Part shown: positions 46,873 to 56,328 of the stretch, piece after piece | How positions within the stretch are numbered: position 1 is the stretch's first letter | Layout of the letters: the number at the start of each line of letters is the position of its first letter | Assembly: GCA_050250895.1 (NCBI GenBank) | Contig: JBFWNU010000001.1 | Span: forward strand, 1,956,791-2,020,790 | Source of the DNA: Vulcanimicrobiota bacterium | Lineage (GTDB): Bacteria; Vulcanimicrobiota; Xenobia; Xenobiales; JADMJV01 | Direction of reading: 5' to 3' | Length of the DNA stretch: 64,000 nucleotides | Notes under the pieces: generated by a model | Databases searched by the model: none | What the model was told of the DNA's origin: nothing | What the model saw: the letters and a program-made list of their open reading frames with translations, nothing else | Translations under genes and position numbers: made by a program

Positions 46873-48084
46873 TTGCTAGACTTCCGTTGCTATCATCAGG
46901 GTCAGGTTATCGAGGGCAGTGATTGCCTGCGGGTCTTGCTTGTGGCCAGCAGTCCGCCCCAGCGCCGCCAGAGGGGATTGGGCCTGGCTCTGAGCCTGGT
47001 GCTCGACCGCAGTTCGTCGATGACGGTGCAGATGATGGAGGCGGCCAAGAAGGCCGCCGTGGCGGTGGTGCGCCAGACCAGTGACGAAGATGTGTTGATG
47101 GTCTCGGCTTTCTCTGACGACTTCGAGACCCTGGGAGGACCAGGACCCTGTGTCGAGTTCCACCGCCGGGACCTGACCCGGGCCATCAAGAAGATCAAGG
47201 CCAGGGGCGGCACCCGCTTTTCCCCGGTGCTCGAGTTTTCGGCTCGCAAGCTCAAAGCCTATGAGAATCGCTTGCGGCGCGTGCTCTTTCTCACCGACGG
47301 CAAAAATACCGAATCGAGGCCTCTGCTCGAGCGCGCCGTCGAGCGTTGCCTCGAAAGCAGTGTCGAGATTCATAGCTGGGGCTTCGGCTCGGACTGGGAT
47401 GCCGACGAATTGAACTATCTATCCCTGCAGACCGGCGGCAAGGCCGGCGCAATCCTGGCCCCGGCGCAAGCGGTCTCGGCCTTTCAAGAGTCGTTCGACA
47501 CGATGGTCAACACCGCCGCAACCGGGGTCCATTTCCATCTGGATCTCGCGCCTGGAGTCGAGGTGCGCTCGCTGCGCCTGACCCATCCTCATGTGATGGA
47601 GATGCGCCGCACCCAGAAGGGCCCCCATGTCAGTGCTCCACTGGGCTCGTTCGGCTATGATACCCAGCGGGTTTGCCTGCTCGAGGTCAGTGGCGAGGCG
47701 GGCCCGTGCCTTGACGCCTGGGTGCAGTACCGCGATAGCGAAGGCAACGATCAGAAGACCAGGGTCGAGTCCATTCAGGTGGCCTCACCGCAGGCTGGCA
47801 TTAGCGAACATCCTTACATTCAGCACTACCTCGACCAGTTGGACCTGGTCGATCTGGCCACGGCTGCTCGCCGGGCCATCGTCGAAGACGAGCAGAAGGC
47901 CGAAGTTTTGCTGGTCGAGGCTCTTACGCGCAGCACGGCGCTGGGCAACGCCAATTTGGCCCGGACCCTCGAAGAGCTGCTGTCTCGTCAGCAAGACGGA
48001 ACCTACCGCATTCGCAGCGGAGACACCCACGGAACCCGACAGACGCTGGGCCTGCAACTCAACCAGACCGTCCCTCACGGCTGA
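46873..48084 (+). CDS. von Willebrand factor A domain protein
   Basis: MIDAS motif LVLDRSSSM, GGT, FLTDG, GFGSDW. Confidence 0.85.
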   Translation: MLDFRCYHQGQVIEGSDCLRVLLVASSPPQRRQRGLGLALSLVLDRSSSMTVQMMEAAKKAAVAVVRQTSDEDVLMVSAFSDDFETLGGPGPCVEFHRRDLTRAIKKIKARGGTRFSPVLEFSARKLKAYENRLRRVLFLTDGKNTESRPLLERAVERCLESSVEIHSWGFGSDWDADELNYLSLQTGGKAGAILAPAQAVSAFQESFDTMVNTAATGVHFHLDLAPGVEVRSLRLTHPHVMEMRRTQKGPHVSAPLGSFGYDTQRVCLLEVSGEAGPCLDAWVQYRDSEGNDQKTRVESIQVASPQAGISEHPYIQHYLDQLDLVDLATAARRAIVEDEQKAEVLLVEALTRSTALGNANLARTLEELLSRQQDGTYRIRSGDTHGTRQTLGLQLNQTVPHG

Positions 48085-50191
48085 GCAACCCCAGCGCGTG
48101 GGCAGCTCGATTGACCACCACGCGCAAGTGTCCGGCTCGGAGGGGGGCGCGGGCCAGTTGGTCCAGGCGCACCCACTGCAAGGCTTCGGTGGGCTCGAGG
48201 ACTTCCACGGCCATGGGGTAGACGACCTCTGGGGTCAGGCCCGGGCTGGGATAATAGTGCCCACCCAACTCCCACACCCGGCCGCAGCCGAGGCCATACT
48301 CGTCCTGCAGGCGCTGGGCGGCCTGGGTGAAGAGCTGGGCTCGTCGCTGCACTTCACGGTCCAGGCGCCAGGCTGGGGCGACCAGCAGCTGGCTGTTGCC
48401 GAGAAAGGCCTGGCAGGCCGGCAGGTCATCGTCGCCGAGCCCGAAGTAAACCTGCTCGTTGAAGCGAGCCAGCGGAGCGCTGACCAGGGTGTGCAGCGAC
48501 AGGCGGCGGGGTCGCACGAACTCGAACACCCGGCTGGCCACCACCGCGCCGCTGGCGTCATGCTCTTCAAAGCGGGCCTGGGCGACCTCGAGAAAGCCGG
48601 CTTCTGACTCGGCAGGCACGAAGCAACGGCGCCTTCCCCGGGCCTCGAGCGAACTCAGGTCAGCCGGTTCTAGAGGGCCCGAGGGCCGCAGTTCTAGGCT
48701 CTCGCCGATCCAGGGGCCGGGGTCTTTACCCAGACGCTCGAGTAAGAGATAGGTATTGGCCTCGAGGCGAGCCTCTTGCAGGCCGCCCACCTGGGCCGCT
48801 CGCAAGAGTTGGGTGGCCTCCATCGAACGGAGCAGGCCCGCCGTCGAGAACGGCGTGAGGTCGGGATTGGGTCGAACCGCGGGTGGCTCGGCCACCTCGA
48901 CCAGCAGCGAGCGGACCTCCTCTTGAATTCCACCCGGTGAGGGAAAATAGTGGGCGCCTTCCCAGCAAGCGATGATTTGTTCGGGTGGGATGTCGGCCCA
49001 GATGGCTAGCAATCGTTCCGCCGTTTGACCCAGGGGGAGGTCGGTCTGGATGGCTGTCAGCGGCTCCGTGAAATAGCCGACCCGAGCTCCACCGTTGAGG
49101 AGAGCGCCTGGCTCGGCCATGGGGATGGGCCGCGGATAGCTGCGACGGGCCACCACGAAGAGTTCGTCACCCTGGCGATAGAACGGCAGGATGTCGACGG
49201 TGGGGTGGGGCCGGCTGACCAGATCGAAGAGCTTACCCGTGTGGCGGTCACGAAAGTGGCTCATTTGAAGAAAGCCCACCGGTTCGGAGTGGGGCTGGGC
49301 GTAGAAGCGAACGCCCTCGCCGGGCGGTACTTTCTCGCCCACGATCACATAGTTGGTGGGCGGATAGTCCAGGGGGTCGCCCTGGTCATCGCTCCATTCG
49401 AATTGTCCCTCGAAGCGGTTGCGCACGATCCAGGGATTCCACACGGGGTTAGAAGCCAGCACCCGCAGGCCCAGCCGAGCGAATTCTTGCTCGAACCTGG
49501 ACTGGGTGAAGTAGGTGTATTCTTCCAGGTTTTCGGTGTCCCAATCGCTGGCGTAGTCTTTGCGCAGCAAGAATTCGACCGCATGCTGGCGGTCGCATTC
49601 GAGCCAGCCGTCGACGACCCGATAGCCAAAGCCCCGCCGTTCGGGCGGCCACAGGCTGCGAAATTCGCGAGAGAATCGCTCGAAGAGCTCGGTTTGGGCC
49701 GAATCAAGCCGCAGCCGCACTCGGCCCGGGTCAGGTCGCACAAAGTCGCGCACCACCAGAGTGCCATAGGTGTCGAGCTGCGCCACCTGCTCCTCGAGGG
49801 CAGCCGCCGCCCGCTCGATATCGTAGTCATTGAAGCTGGTCACGTGATGCAGCACCGAAGAGTCGAAAATGGCGGTCAAACTGGCCGACTCAAAGCAGGC
49901 CTCGGCGATGTCGCCCGTGCGAAACGACAGATTGGGCAGGCGATAGCGCTCCCTCGCCATCTCGACCATGGTGGGATTGATGTCGACCCCCACCACCTCG
50001 AGGCCGGGATAGAGCGAGGCCAGGGCAAAGCTGCCCGAGCCCGAGCCCATACCCATGTCGGCCACCACGCCCCGGTCGAGCAGGTGCGCGGCGGTGAGGG
50101 CGACCTTCTGGCGCATCGAGGCGTCCATGCCGGCCAGATAGCGGGCGTAGGCGCCTGCGTCTCCTCGATCCTGTTGCTGGTAAGAACTCAC
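48059..50191 (-). CDS. Class I SAM methyltransferase fused to two degenerate NUDIX-like regions
   Basis: VADMGMGSG, GVDIN, SSVLHH; YFPSPGG..EEV and YYPSPG..PEVV segments. Confidence 0.8.
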   Translation of the reverse strand: MSSYQQQDRGDAGAYARYLAGMDASMRQKVALTAAHLLDRGVVADMGMGSGSGSFALASLYPGLEVVGVDINPTMVEMARERYRLPNLSFRTGDIAEACFESASLTAIFDSSVLHHVTSFNDYDIERAAAALEEQVAQLDTYGTLVVRDFVRPDPGRVRLRLDSAQTELFERFSREFRSLWPPERRGFGYRVVDGWLECDRQHAVEFLLRKDYASDWDTENLEEYTYFTQSRFEQEFARLGLRVLASNPVWNPWIVRNRFEGQFEWSDDQGDPLDYPPTNYVIVGEKVPPGEGVRFYAQPHSEPVGFLQMSHFRDRHTGKLFDLVSRPHPTVDILPFYRQGDELFVVARRSYPRPIPMAEPGALLNGGARVGYFTEPLTAIQTDLPLGQTAERLLAIWADIPPEQIIACWEGAHYFPSPGGIQEEVRSLLVEVAEPPAVRPNPDLTPFSTAGLLRSMEATQLLRAAQVGGLQEARLEANTYLLLERLGKDPGPWIGESLELRPSGPLEPADLSSLEARGRRRCFVPAESEAGFLEVAQARFEEHDASGAVVASRVFEFVRPRRLSLHTLVSAPLARFNEQVYFGLGDDDLPACQAFLGNSQLLVAPAWRLDREVQRRAQLFTQAAQRLQDEYGLGCGRVWELGGHYYPSPGLTPEVVYPMAVEVLEPTEALQWVRLDQLARAPLRAGHLRVVVNRAAHALGLLSREGRSG

Positions 50192-50267
50192 CCCCGGCCG
50201 GTTCGGCGAGCCACCGGTTTTTCATTCCAGGAGGGGGCCCGCGAAGGGCCTGTAGAAGGTGTCCGCC

Positions 50268-51701
50268 ATGGCTTGCGTCCGATTATCTGCCCCTCGACAA
50301 CCCCAACACCTGACCAGGCTGCCCGGCTTGTTCGAAGGCCTGGGATACTCCGAGGCCGACGTTCGCGAACTCTTGCGCGTTCCTGATGTGTGGGACCTGC
50401 GTCCGCACAAGTTGGGAACCTACATCTGGCGCTGTCAGCGCGAGCGCTCGGTGCGCGGGTTCTTGACGGCTTTGTTCTTGCTGGGCCGGACTATTCCCCG
50501 CGGCGGCATGGAGCGGTTCGTGCCCCCCGAAGTGGTCGACACGCTGGTCGAGACCAGCATCCTCAGCGAATCCGACGGAAAGCTCACGGCTAACGTCGAC
50601 CTCTACCCCTGCGAGGGGCGACTGCTGGCCACCGACCCCTACATGACGCTCGAGAACGGGCCGGGCCATGTTTATAAGCTTGGCGCCGATAGCTACACTC
50701 TGGCCCACATGACCCCGCGTCGCCCGGTCGGGCGCACCCTCAACCTCTGTGCCGGTTCTGGCATTCACGCCGTGCTGGCCTCGAGCCACAGTCAAGAAGT
50801 GGTTGGTCTTGACATCAACTCGCGGGCCCTCGAGTTCTGTCGTCTCAACGCGGCCATGAATGGGTGCTGGAATTGCAGCTTCAGCCTCAGCGACCTCTAC
50901 AGCAAGGTTCCCCCTGGGGGCTACGATCTGGTGCTGGCCAATCCGCCTTTCGTGCCCAGCCCGCACCCCAAGGAGATGGCTCATCGCAGCCCGGGCGTCA
51001 CCGGTGAAGAAGTTTCTGAACAGCTGGTGGCCGAACTCCCCAAAGTGTTGGCTCCTGGGGGAACTTTCGCCATGGTGCTCGACTATCCGATCTTTAACGA
51101 TGCCGGCTATCTCGAGCGACTCTGGGGTTGGCTGGGGCAGACCCACGGCTGGGGGCTGGGCCTGGTCCATCTGGCCACGGTGGGCGTCGTTCCATACATC
51201 GAGCAGCATATCGACTATCACAACAGCTGGGAAAAGACCCAGCAGAACTTCGACAGCTATCTGGCCAGTTACCAGTCGCAGGGCATCGTGGCCATGGGGT
51301 TCGGAGTGGTTGTCATCCGCCGCTTCAAGCGGCCCAATCCGGGCTTTAAGCAGCTCAAGCTGGCGGCCACTCCGGTGGGCCCTATCGGCGAATTGGTGGC
51401 CAACTGGCTCGACGGCCTGGAAAAGGCTTTTGACCCCAACTGGTCCCCCAGCCCGGGCTGGAAGCCTGGCCTGAACCCGCTTTATTCCAAGCTCTGGCGT
51501 GATCGCGACGGCCAGGGCAAACTTGAGCCCAGCGAGCCAGGTTGGGTCATGCCTTTGCCGCTGGACGCCAAGCAGACCGAATTCCTCTGGCGGGTCGACG
51601 GCCAGACCAGCGTGGCCGACTTGTTTCGCGATTGGGAGGGCGGCGAGGTCGAGGCCAACATCATCCTGCGACACTTGCTGGGCTACGAGGTCTTGACCTA
51701 G
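50268..51701 (+). CDS. N5/N6-type methyltransferase (HemK/MTS-like)
   Basis: NLCAGSG, DINSRAL, DLVLANPPF. Confidence 0.85.
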   Translation: MACVRLSAPRQPQHLTRLPGLFEGLGYSEADVRELLRVPDVWDLRPHKLGTYIWRCQRERSVRGFLTALFLLGRTIPRGGMERFVPPEVVDTLVETSILSESDGKLTANVDLYPCEGRLLATDPYMTLENGPGHVYKLGADSYTLAHMTPRRPVGRTLNLCAGSGIHAVLASSHSQEVVGLDINSRALEFCRLNAAMNGCWNCSFSLSDLYSKVPPGGYDLVLANPPFVPSPHPKEMAHRSPGVTGEEVSEQLVAELPKVLAPGGTFAMVLDYPIFNDAGYLERLWGWLGQTHGWGLGLVHLATVGVVPYIEQHIDYHNSWEKTQQNFDSYLASYQSQGIVAMGFGVVVIRRFKRPNPGFKQLKLAATPVGPIGELVANWLDGLEKAFDPNWSPSPGWKPGLNPLYSKLWRDRDGQGKLEPSEPGWVMPLPLDAKQTEFLWRVDGQTSVADLFRDWEGGEVEANIILRHLLGYEVLT

Positions 51702-53029
51702 TGGAGGAAGATTCCGTCCCCATCCGGGCCTTCATCGAGTTCAACCAACAAAATGGCGTAGGCCGTTTCGCTCACGAATCCGATGTCGACCTGACCAATG
51801 TCCTTAGCCACCTGCGGGCGGTGGTGGCGGCCAGCGGCCACAGCGAGAGCCAACCGGAGATTCCCGAAAGCGTTTTGCAGGCGCTGCGAACCTGGTTGCG
51901 GCCGGGAGCGGGCACCACCTGGGTTTTGCTGGCGCTCGATTCGGCTCCCGAATCGAGCGGACTGTCGGTGCGCGAAGTTTTAACCCAGCTCAGTTCCCAA
52001 TGGCTGGGCACAGCGCCACCCACGCCGGGCCATCCTGCCGGCCTGGAGCGCTGGGTCCCCGAGGCCGAGACCCGCATCCATCCCTTGAGTCTGGGCTTGA
52101 GTTCAAACCTCTACAAGAGCACTTTCGTGCCGGTGGCCGAGTTTCGCAAGGCCTTCATGAATGTGCGCGTGCGCCTGGCCAAAGACCTCGGCATCGAACT
52201 GCCGGCGGTGGTTTTTCGAACCAGCCCGGGGCTCAGCACCTACGAGTGGCGTTTTCGCGAAAGTCTGCTGGGTCGGGGTCGGGTCAAGCCAGGGCACATG
52301 CTGCTGCTAGCCCCGCCGCGGGTGCTGCGCGACCTGCGCGGAATCCGCGACACCCATCCCGGTAACGGCCTGCCGGCCATCTGGGTCGACCCCGATGTGG
52401 CCCAACGCGTTCCCGACAAGTATCCGTTTTTCACCATCCCCCAGGTGGTGGCCAGTCATCTCTGGAGCATCTGCCAGGAGCATCCCGAGCAGTTGGTCAC
52501 CCGCTCCTGGGTGCTGGCCAGGCTGAGGGCCTTCGCCAAGAGCCACAGCGAGCTGGCCGCTGAGTTCGAAGAGCGCCAGGTCCCTCCTAGCTTGCTGCGC
52601 GACCTGCTCAAGGCGCTGTTGAGCGAGGGGGTGTCGATCAAAGACATGGAGACCATCGTCGAAAGCCTCTTGGACCATTACACTCCGGGCGCCCAACTGC
52701 CGCCCCTGCTCGAACTGGCTCGGGTACGCCTGTCGAGCAATGTATGCGAGAAGCTACTCGACGGGAGTGGCGTCTTGAAGTACCTGCCCATGCCCGAGCA
52801 CCTGGAAAAGATGCTGCTGGTGGCTGACCCGGATTGGATTTTGGCTCAGCTCAAGGCGACCATCGAGGCTCTTCCCGCCGACGGCCGGCCTCGGGCGATT
52901 TTGGTGTCGTCTGACAATCGGGCCGCCGTGGGCCGTCTATTGCGGCGCTGGGGGCACGACATCGCGGCCCTCAAGCCGGCCGAGTTGCTACCCTGGCTAG
53001 AAGTTCGCAACGTCGCTCAGCAAGACTAG
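51701..53029 (+). CDS. Soluble protein with FHIPEP (FlhA/SctV cytoplasmic) domain
   Basis: VR..LA.DLGI.LP.V, GLPAIWV, VVASHL, L..LL.EGVSIKDM.TI.E; no TM region; GTG at 51701 overlaps the upstream stop. Confidence 0.8.
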   Translation: MEEDSVPIRAFIEFNQQNGVGRFAHESDVDLTNVLSHLRAVVAASGHSESQPEIPESVLQALRTWLRPGAGTTWVLLALDSAPESSGLSVREVLTQLSSQWLGTAPPTPGHPAGLERWVPEAETRIHPLSLGLSSNLYKSTFVPVAEFRKAFMNVRVRLAKDLGIELPAVVFRTSPGLSTYEWRFRESLLGRGRVKPGHMLLLAPPRVLRDLRGIRDTHPGNGLPAIWVDPDVAQRVPDKYPFFTIPQVVASHLWSICQEHPEQLVTRSWVLARLRAFAKSHSELAAEFEERQVPPSLLRDLLKALLSEGVSIKDMETIVESLLDHYTPGAQLPPLLELARVRLSSNVCEKLLDGSGVLKYLPMPEHLEKMLLVADPDWILAQLKATIEALPADGRPRAILVSSDNRAAVGRLLRRWGHDIAALKPAELLPWLEVRNVAQQD

Positions 53030-53953
53030 CTCGGCTCGCACCCCACGGTGATCCGAGCAATATTCGCGCTCGAGCCAGCAAGACCTGACGCCCAGTCCCG
53101 GCGAGGCCAGAATGTAGTCGATGCGCAAGACCGGAAAAGCGGCGTCATAGGTGAAGCCGAAGCCCCACCCCCGGCTGGCGAAGGCGTCCCGGGCGTAGGC
53201 CAGCAGCGGTGCTACCGAGTGTTCTCGAGGCGGGGCGTTGAGATCGCCCACCAGGACGTAGGCTTCGGTTTCTTCCTGGAGACGCTCGGTCAATTCCCTG
53301 GTCTGCCGGGTCCGCCAGGCGTCGTCGGCGGCGAGCTTGTCGAGAAAGCCCGACTTGAATGAGGCAAACCCCATCAGCAGCACGCTATAATGGAGGTTCC
53401 AGACCACCAATTTGCGTTCCCCCACCGCCAGCAGGCTACGCTGGCCGGGCCGGCTGGGGTCGAGCAGCAACTCGCTCTCCAGGATCGGGTAGCGCGAATA
53501 GAGCGCGAATTCGCCTGTCTGGGCCAGCTGATACTCGGGGCCGGGACGGAGTTGCTCGGCCATCTCCGGGTTCCAGATCGAGACTTCTTGCAGGGCCACG
53601 ATATCGGCCGGTTCTCGGCGAATGGCCTGGGCAGTGGGCCCGATGCCGAAGGGCAACCCCTGCATGTTGAGGGTCAGTATGCGCAACGATGTGCCTTCTC
53701 CGGCCGGGCCTCCCAGGGGCAAGTTGAACCCCATGAGCAATACGATGAGGAGCAACGAGAGCACGGTGGTGGCCCGGGCCCGAGTCCCACTCCGCCAGGT
53801 TACCACCAGCACCACCAGAGCCAGGATCGCCAGCGGCTGGTGGGGAAATGCACAAACCAGGGCCATCAGTGTCGGCTCCTTCCAGAGCCATTCGAGCAAG
53901 CCCAACCCGCAAATCAAGGTCAACCAGAGCCAGGCCAGATGTTCGAGCTTCAT
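52997..53953 (-). CDS. Endonuclease/exonuclease/phosphatase family membrane protein
   Basis: LRILTLN, DIVALQE, VGDLN, RIDYI, SDH; N-terminal TM helices. Confidence 0.88.
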   Translation of the reverse strand: MKLEHLAWLWLTLICGLGLLEWLWKEPTLMALVCAFPHQPLAILALVVLVVTWRSGTRARATTVLSLLLIVLLMGFNLPLGGPAGEGTSLRILTLNMQGLPFGIGPTAQAIRREPADIVALQEVSIWNPEMAEQLRPGPEYQLAQTGEFALYSRYPILESELLLDPSRPGQRSLLAVGERKLVVWNLHYSVLLMGFASFKSGFLDKLAADDAWRTRQTRELTERLQEETEAYVLVGDLNAPPREHSVAPLLAYARDAFASRGWGFGFTYDAAFPVLRIDYILASPGLGVRSCWLEREYCSDHRGVRAELVLLSDVANF

Positions 53954-53958
53954 AACGC

Positions 53959-53986
53959 AAAAAAGGCGCCACCTGGGCGCCCTTTC
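53959..53986 (-). terminator. Intrinsic terminator
   Basis: GGCGCC stem-loop followed by TTTTTT on the minus strand, after ORF 54002..54355. Confidence 0.75.
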
Positions 53987-54001
53987 GGTCGATGGTTTGC
54001 T

Positions 54002-54355
54002 TTAGGCAGCAGGTGGACGGTTCGCGAAGACGCCACCGGCGCTCATACCCGGATCGCCGCCACCACCAGCAACCATTCCGGGTTCACCCGCCTGGCTGAT
54101 GGCGAAGCTGCCGCCGTTGGTCGGCGAAGCCCCGGCCGAGGCACTCGACAGGGCCGAGATGACCTGGCTGGCGTTGCTACTGCCGGCATCGTCTTCTTGA
54201 GAAGCCGCCGAGATAGAGACGCCATCACTGGGCGCGGCAGGAGCCGCAGTCTGCGCAGGGGCCGTCGACTGCGTCGGCGCTCCCTGATTGACATAACTGG
54301 CTCCACCGAGAGCTCTATTTCCACCAATTCCGCTGATTCCGTTGATTTCACTCAT
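54002..54355 (-). CDS. Small disordered protein with FlgM-like N-terminus
   Basis: MSEINGISG...DGVSIS; Ser/Ala/Gly-rich; followed by a terminator. Confidence 0.65.
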   Translation of the reverse strand: MSEINGISGIGGNRALGGASYVNQGAPTQSTAPAQTAAPAAPSDGVSISAASQEDDAGSSNASQVISALSSASAGASPTNGGSFAISQAGEPGMVAGGGGDPGMSAGGVFANRPPAA

Positions 54356-54681
54356 AATTTTCGGTTCCCGTGTGCTGGTTTAACATGGCCATTCTATGCC
54401 CCCTGGAACCCCCTCGCAACGCAAGCGTATTGACAAATTGTAAACTATGTAAAAAGTCTATGAACCAGATGTTAACTTCGTGTTAATAATTGGTTCGCAT
54501 TCTCCCTGTTTCCTCCGCCGAACCCCCATGAAGCGGTCTTCTTCAATCGAACGGCTGGGGTCTGTGACGAATCTTACTCCGCGAAGCTTTAGCTAGGGCT
54601 GCGACCCATGTGAGTTATACGGCAGTATAGGATTGCTCGCTGGTTAGGAAAAGGCAATATCCGTCCCTTATCATTAAGGAG

Positions 54682-56328
54682 ATGCGTATTGGGGGACCCA
54701 ACGGCAAGAACGTTCAACCGCCACCTCAGGCTCAGGCCCAGCCGAGCCTGGCCGAGTCGCTGGAACGGTTACTTTCATTCTTTAACCACAATCTGTCTCC
54801 GGCCGAGCAGAGTTCGGCCCCCGAGGCGTCCCCGGTCGAGTCCGTCTCGCCTGGCAGCGACGCGGTGGCCACCTCATCACCCACGTCGGGTGGCTTGCAG
54901 GCCCTGAGCGCCACTTCTAGCTTTGCCGTAGACCCTACGCGGGTCTCGACCGTGGCCCAGGTGGCGGGGGAGACCAGCGGCAGCACGGCCTCTGACCTGG
55001 TCGTCGACAAGGCCAATCCGACTCAGGCGCGAGCCGGAATCGGCTATGAGGTGGCTCGGCAGATGCTGGCTCGCGACGAGTCCGACCGACGGGCCGATGC
55101 GGCCGGGCACACCCTCACCGAGATGGGGCAGAGCCAGGCTCAGCTCGACCACCAGCGCACGGCCGCCGACGAAGCCAAACAGGCCAAGCGGCAGGAGATC
55201 AGCCAGGCCCAGACCCAGGTCGAGCGCGGCCAGGCGCAAATGCAGCAGCGCTCTGAAACGATGGCTAGCCTCGAGTCTAGCGGCAACGACCTGTCGGCCG
55301 GCATGGCCGAAGGCGAATCGCAACTGAGCAACCTCGAACAATCGGCCGAGACGGCTCAGCAGCAGGCCGACGCCGCTCAGCAGCAGTCCGCCCAGGCCCA
55401 GGCCCCACCCCCGCCGACCACAGGAGCGGCGACCAAATCTCGCGGCCGCGGAGCCCTCAATTCGGCCCCGGCCCAGGCCGGCCAGCAGCAACAGGTTCAA
55501 GCCCAGGCGGCTCAAGCCCAGGCCGAGCAACAGGCCCAGCAAGCCCGCCAACGATCCGAGCGACTTCAGGCCCAGGTCGAGCAACAGCGCAACGCCAATC
55601 AGGCCAAGCGCTCCCAGCTCGAGCAGGTGCGCAGTCGCCACAGCCAGGAGGTTTCTCAGAGCCGCGACGACGCTCGCCAGCAGAGCGACAATCAGGCCTC
55701 GATGAGCCGAGACCTGGATACTCTTCGCGACTTCGCTGACAAAACGCGCGACATCCACGCTCAGGCCGACGAAGTCGAGGCCAACGCCGCAGTGGCCAGC
55801 CAGGCCCAGGCCCGTAACCGGGCCAACGCCCAGGCGGCGGCGCGCAACGTCGAGCGACTCGAGAGTCTCTCCGAGAATCTGACCCCGACCAGCGCCCCGG
55901 GAGCTGAGGCTGGTCCTTCTCGTCTCGGACCGTTGACCACCGAGTCAGCCTCGGCCGGCGGGACCACCGAGCGTCCCGTCGATCAGCTGGGTTCGTCCAC
56001 CGCCCTCGGTCGCACCGAGAATGCGGCTGGCCCAGGACCGGCCAGCCAGGTCACCGACCAGGGCGACACCCTCACCGTCGGCCTCGAGTCACTGGGTGAC
56101 GGGCTGGGCTCGCTGGCCGGCGACGGCAAAGGCGGGGTGGGCAAGAATTCGAGCTATGCGGGCGGGGCTGACGACGTTTCCTCGGCCGAGATCGCGGCCG
56201 CCTCGGCAGCCCCGGCCGGACCGTCGGATTCGGGCTCGGTCGGTTCGGGCAACTCGGGAGGCTCGTCGGGCCCTCCAGGTCTGGCCAAGAAGGGCGGCCT
56301 GCCGCCCGGTCAAGCCAAAAAGCTTTAG
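54682..56328 (+). CDS. Gln/Ala-rich coiled-coil hypothetical protein
   Basis: AAGGAG SD; disordered termini; C-terminal PPGLAKKGGLPPGQAKK. Confidence 0.75.
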   Translation: MRIGGPNGKNVQPPPQAQAQPSLAESLERLLSFFNHNLSPAEQSSAPEASPVESVSPGSDAVATSSPTSGGLQALSATSSFAVDPTRVSTVAQVAGETSGSTASDLVVDKANPTQARAGIGYEVARQMLARDESDRRADAAGHTLTEMGQSQAQLDHQRTAADEAKQAKRQEISQAQTQVERGQAQMQQRSETMASLESSGNDLSAGMAEGESQLSNLEQSAETAQQQADAAQQQSAQAQAPPPPTTGAATKSRGRGALNSAPAQAGQQQQVQAQAAQAQAEQQAQQARQRSERLQAQVEQQRNANQAKRSQLEQVRSRHSQEVSQSRDDARQQSDNQASMSRDLDTLRDFADKTRDIHAQADEVEANAAVASQAQARNRANAQAAARNVERLESLSENLTPTSAPGAEAGPSRLGPLTTESASAGGTTERPVDQLGSSTALGRTENAAGPGPASQVTDQGDTLTVGLESLGDGLGSLAGDGKGGVGKNSSYAGGADDVSSAEIAAASAAPAGPSDSGSVGSGNSGGSSGPPGLAKKGGLPPGQAKKL

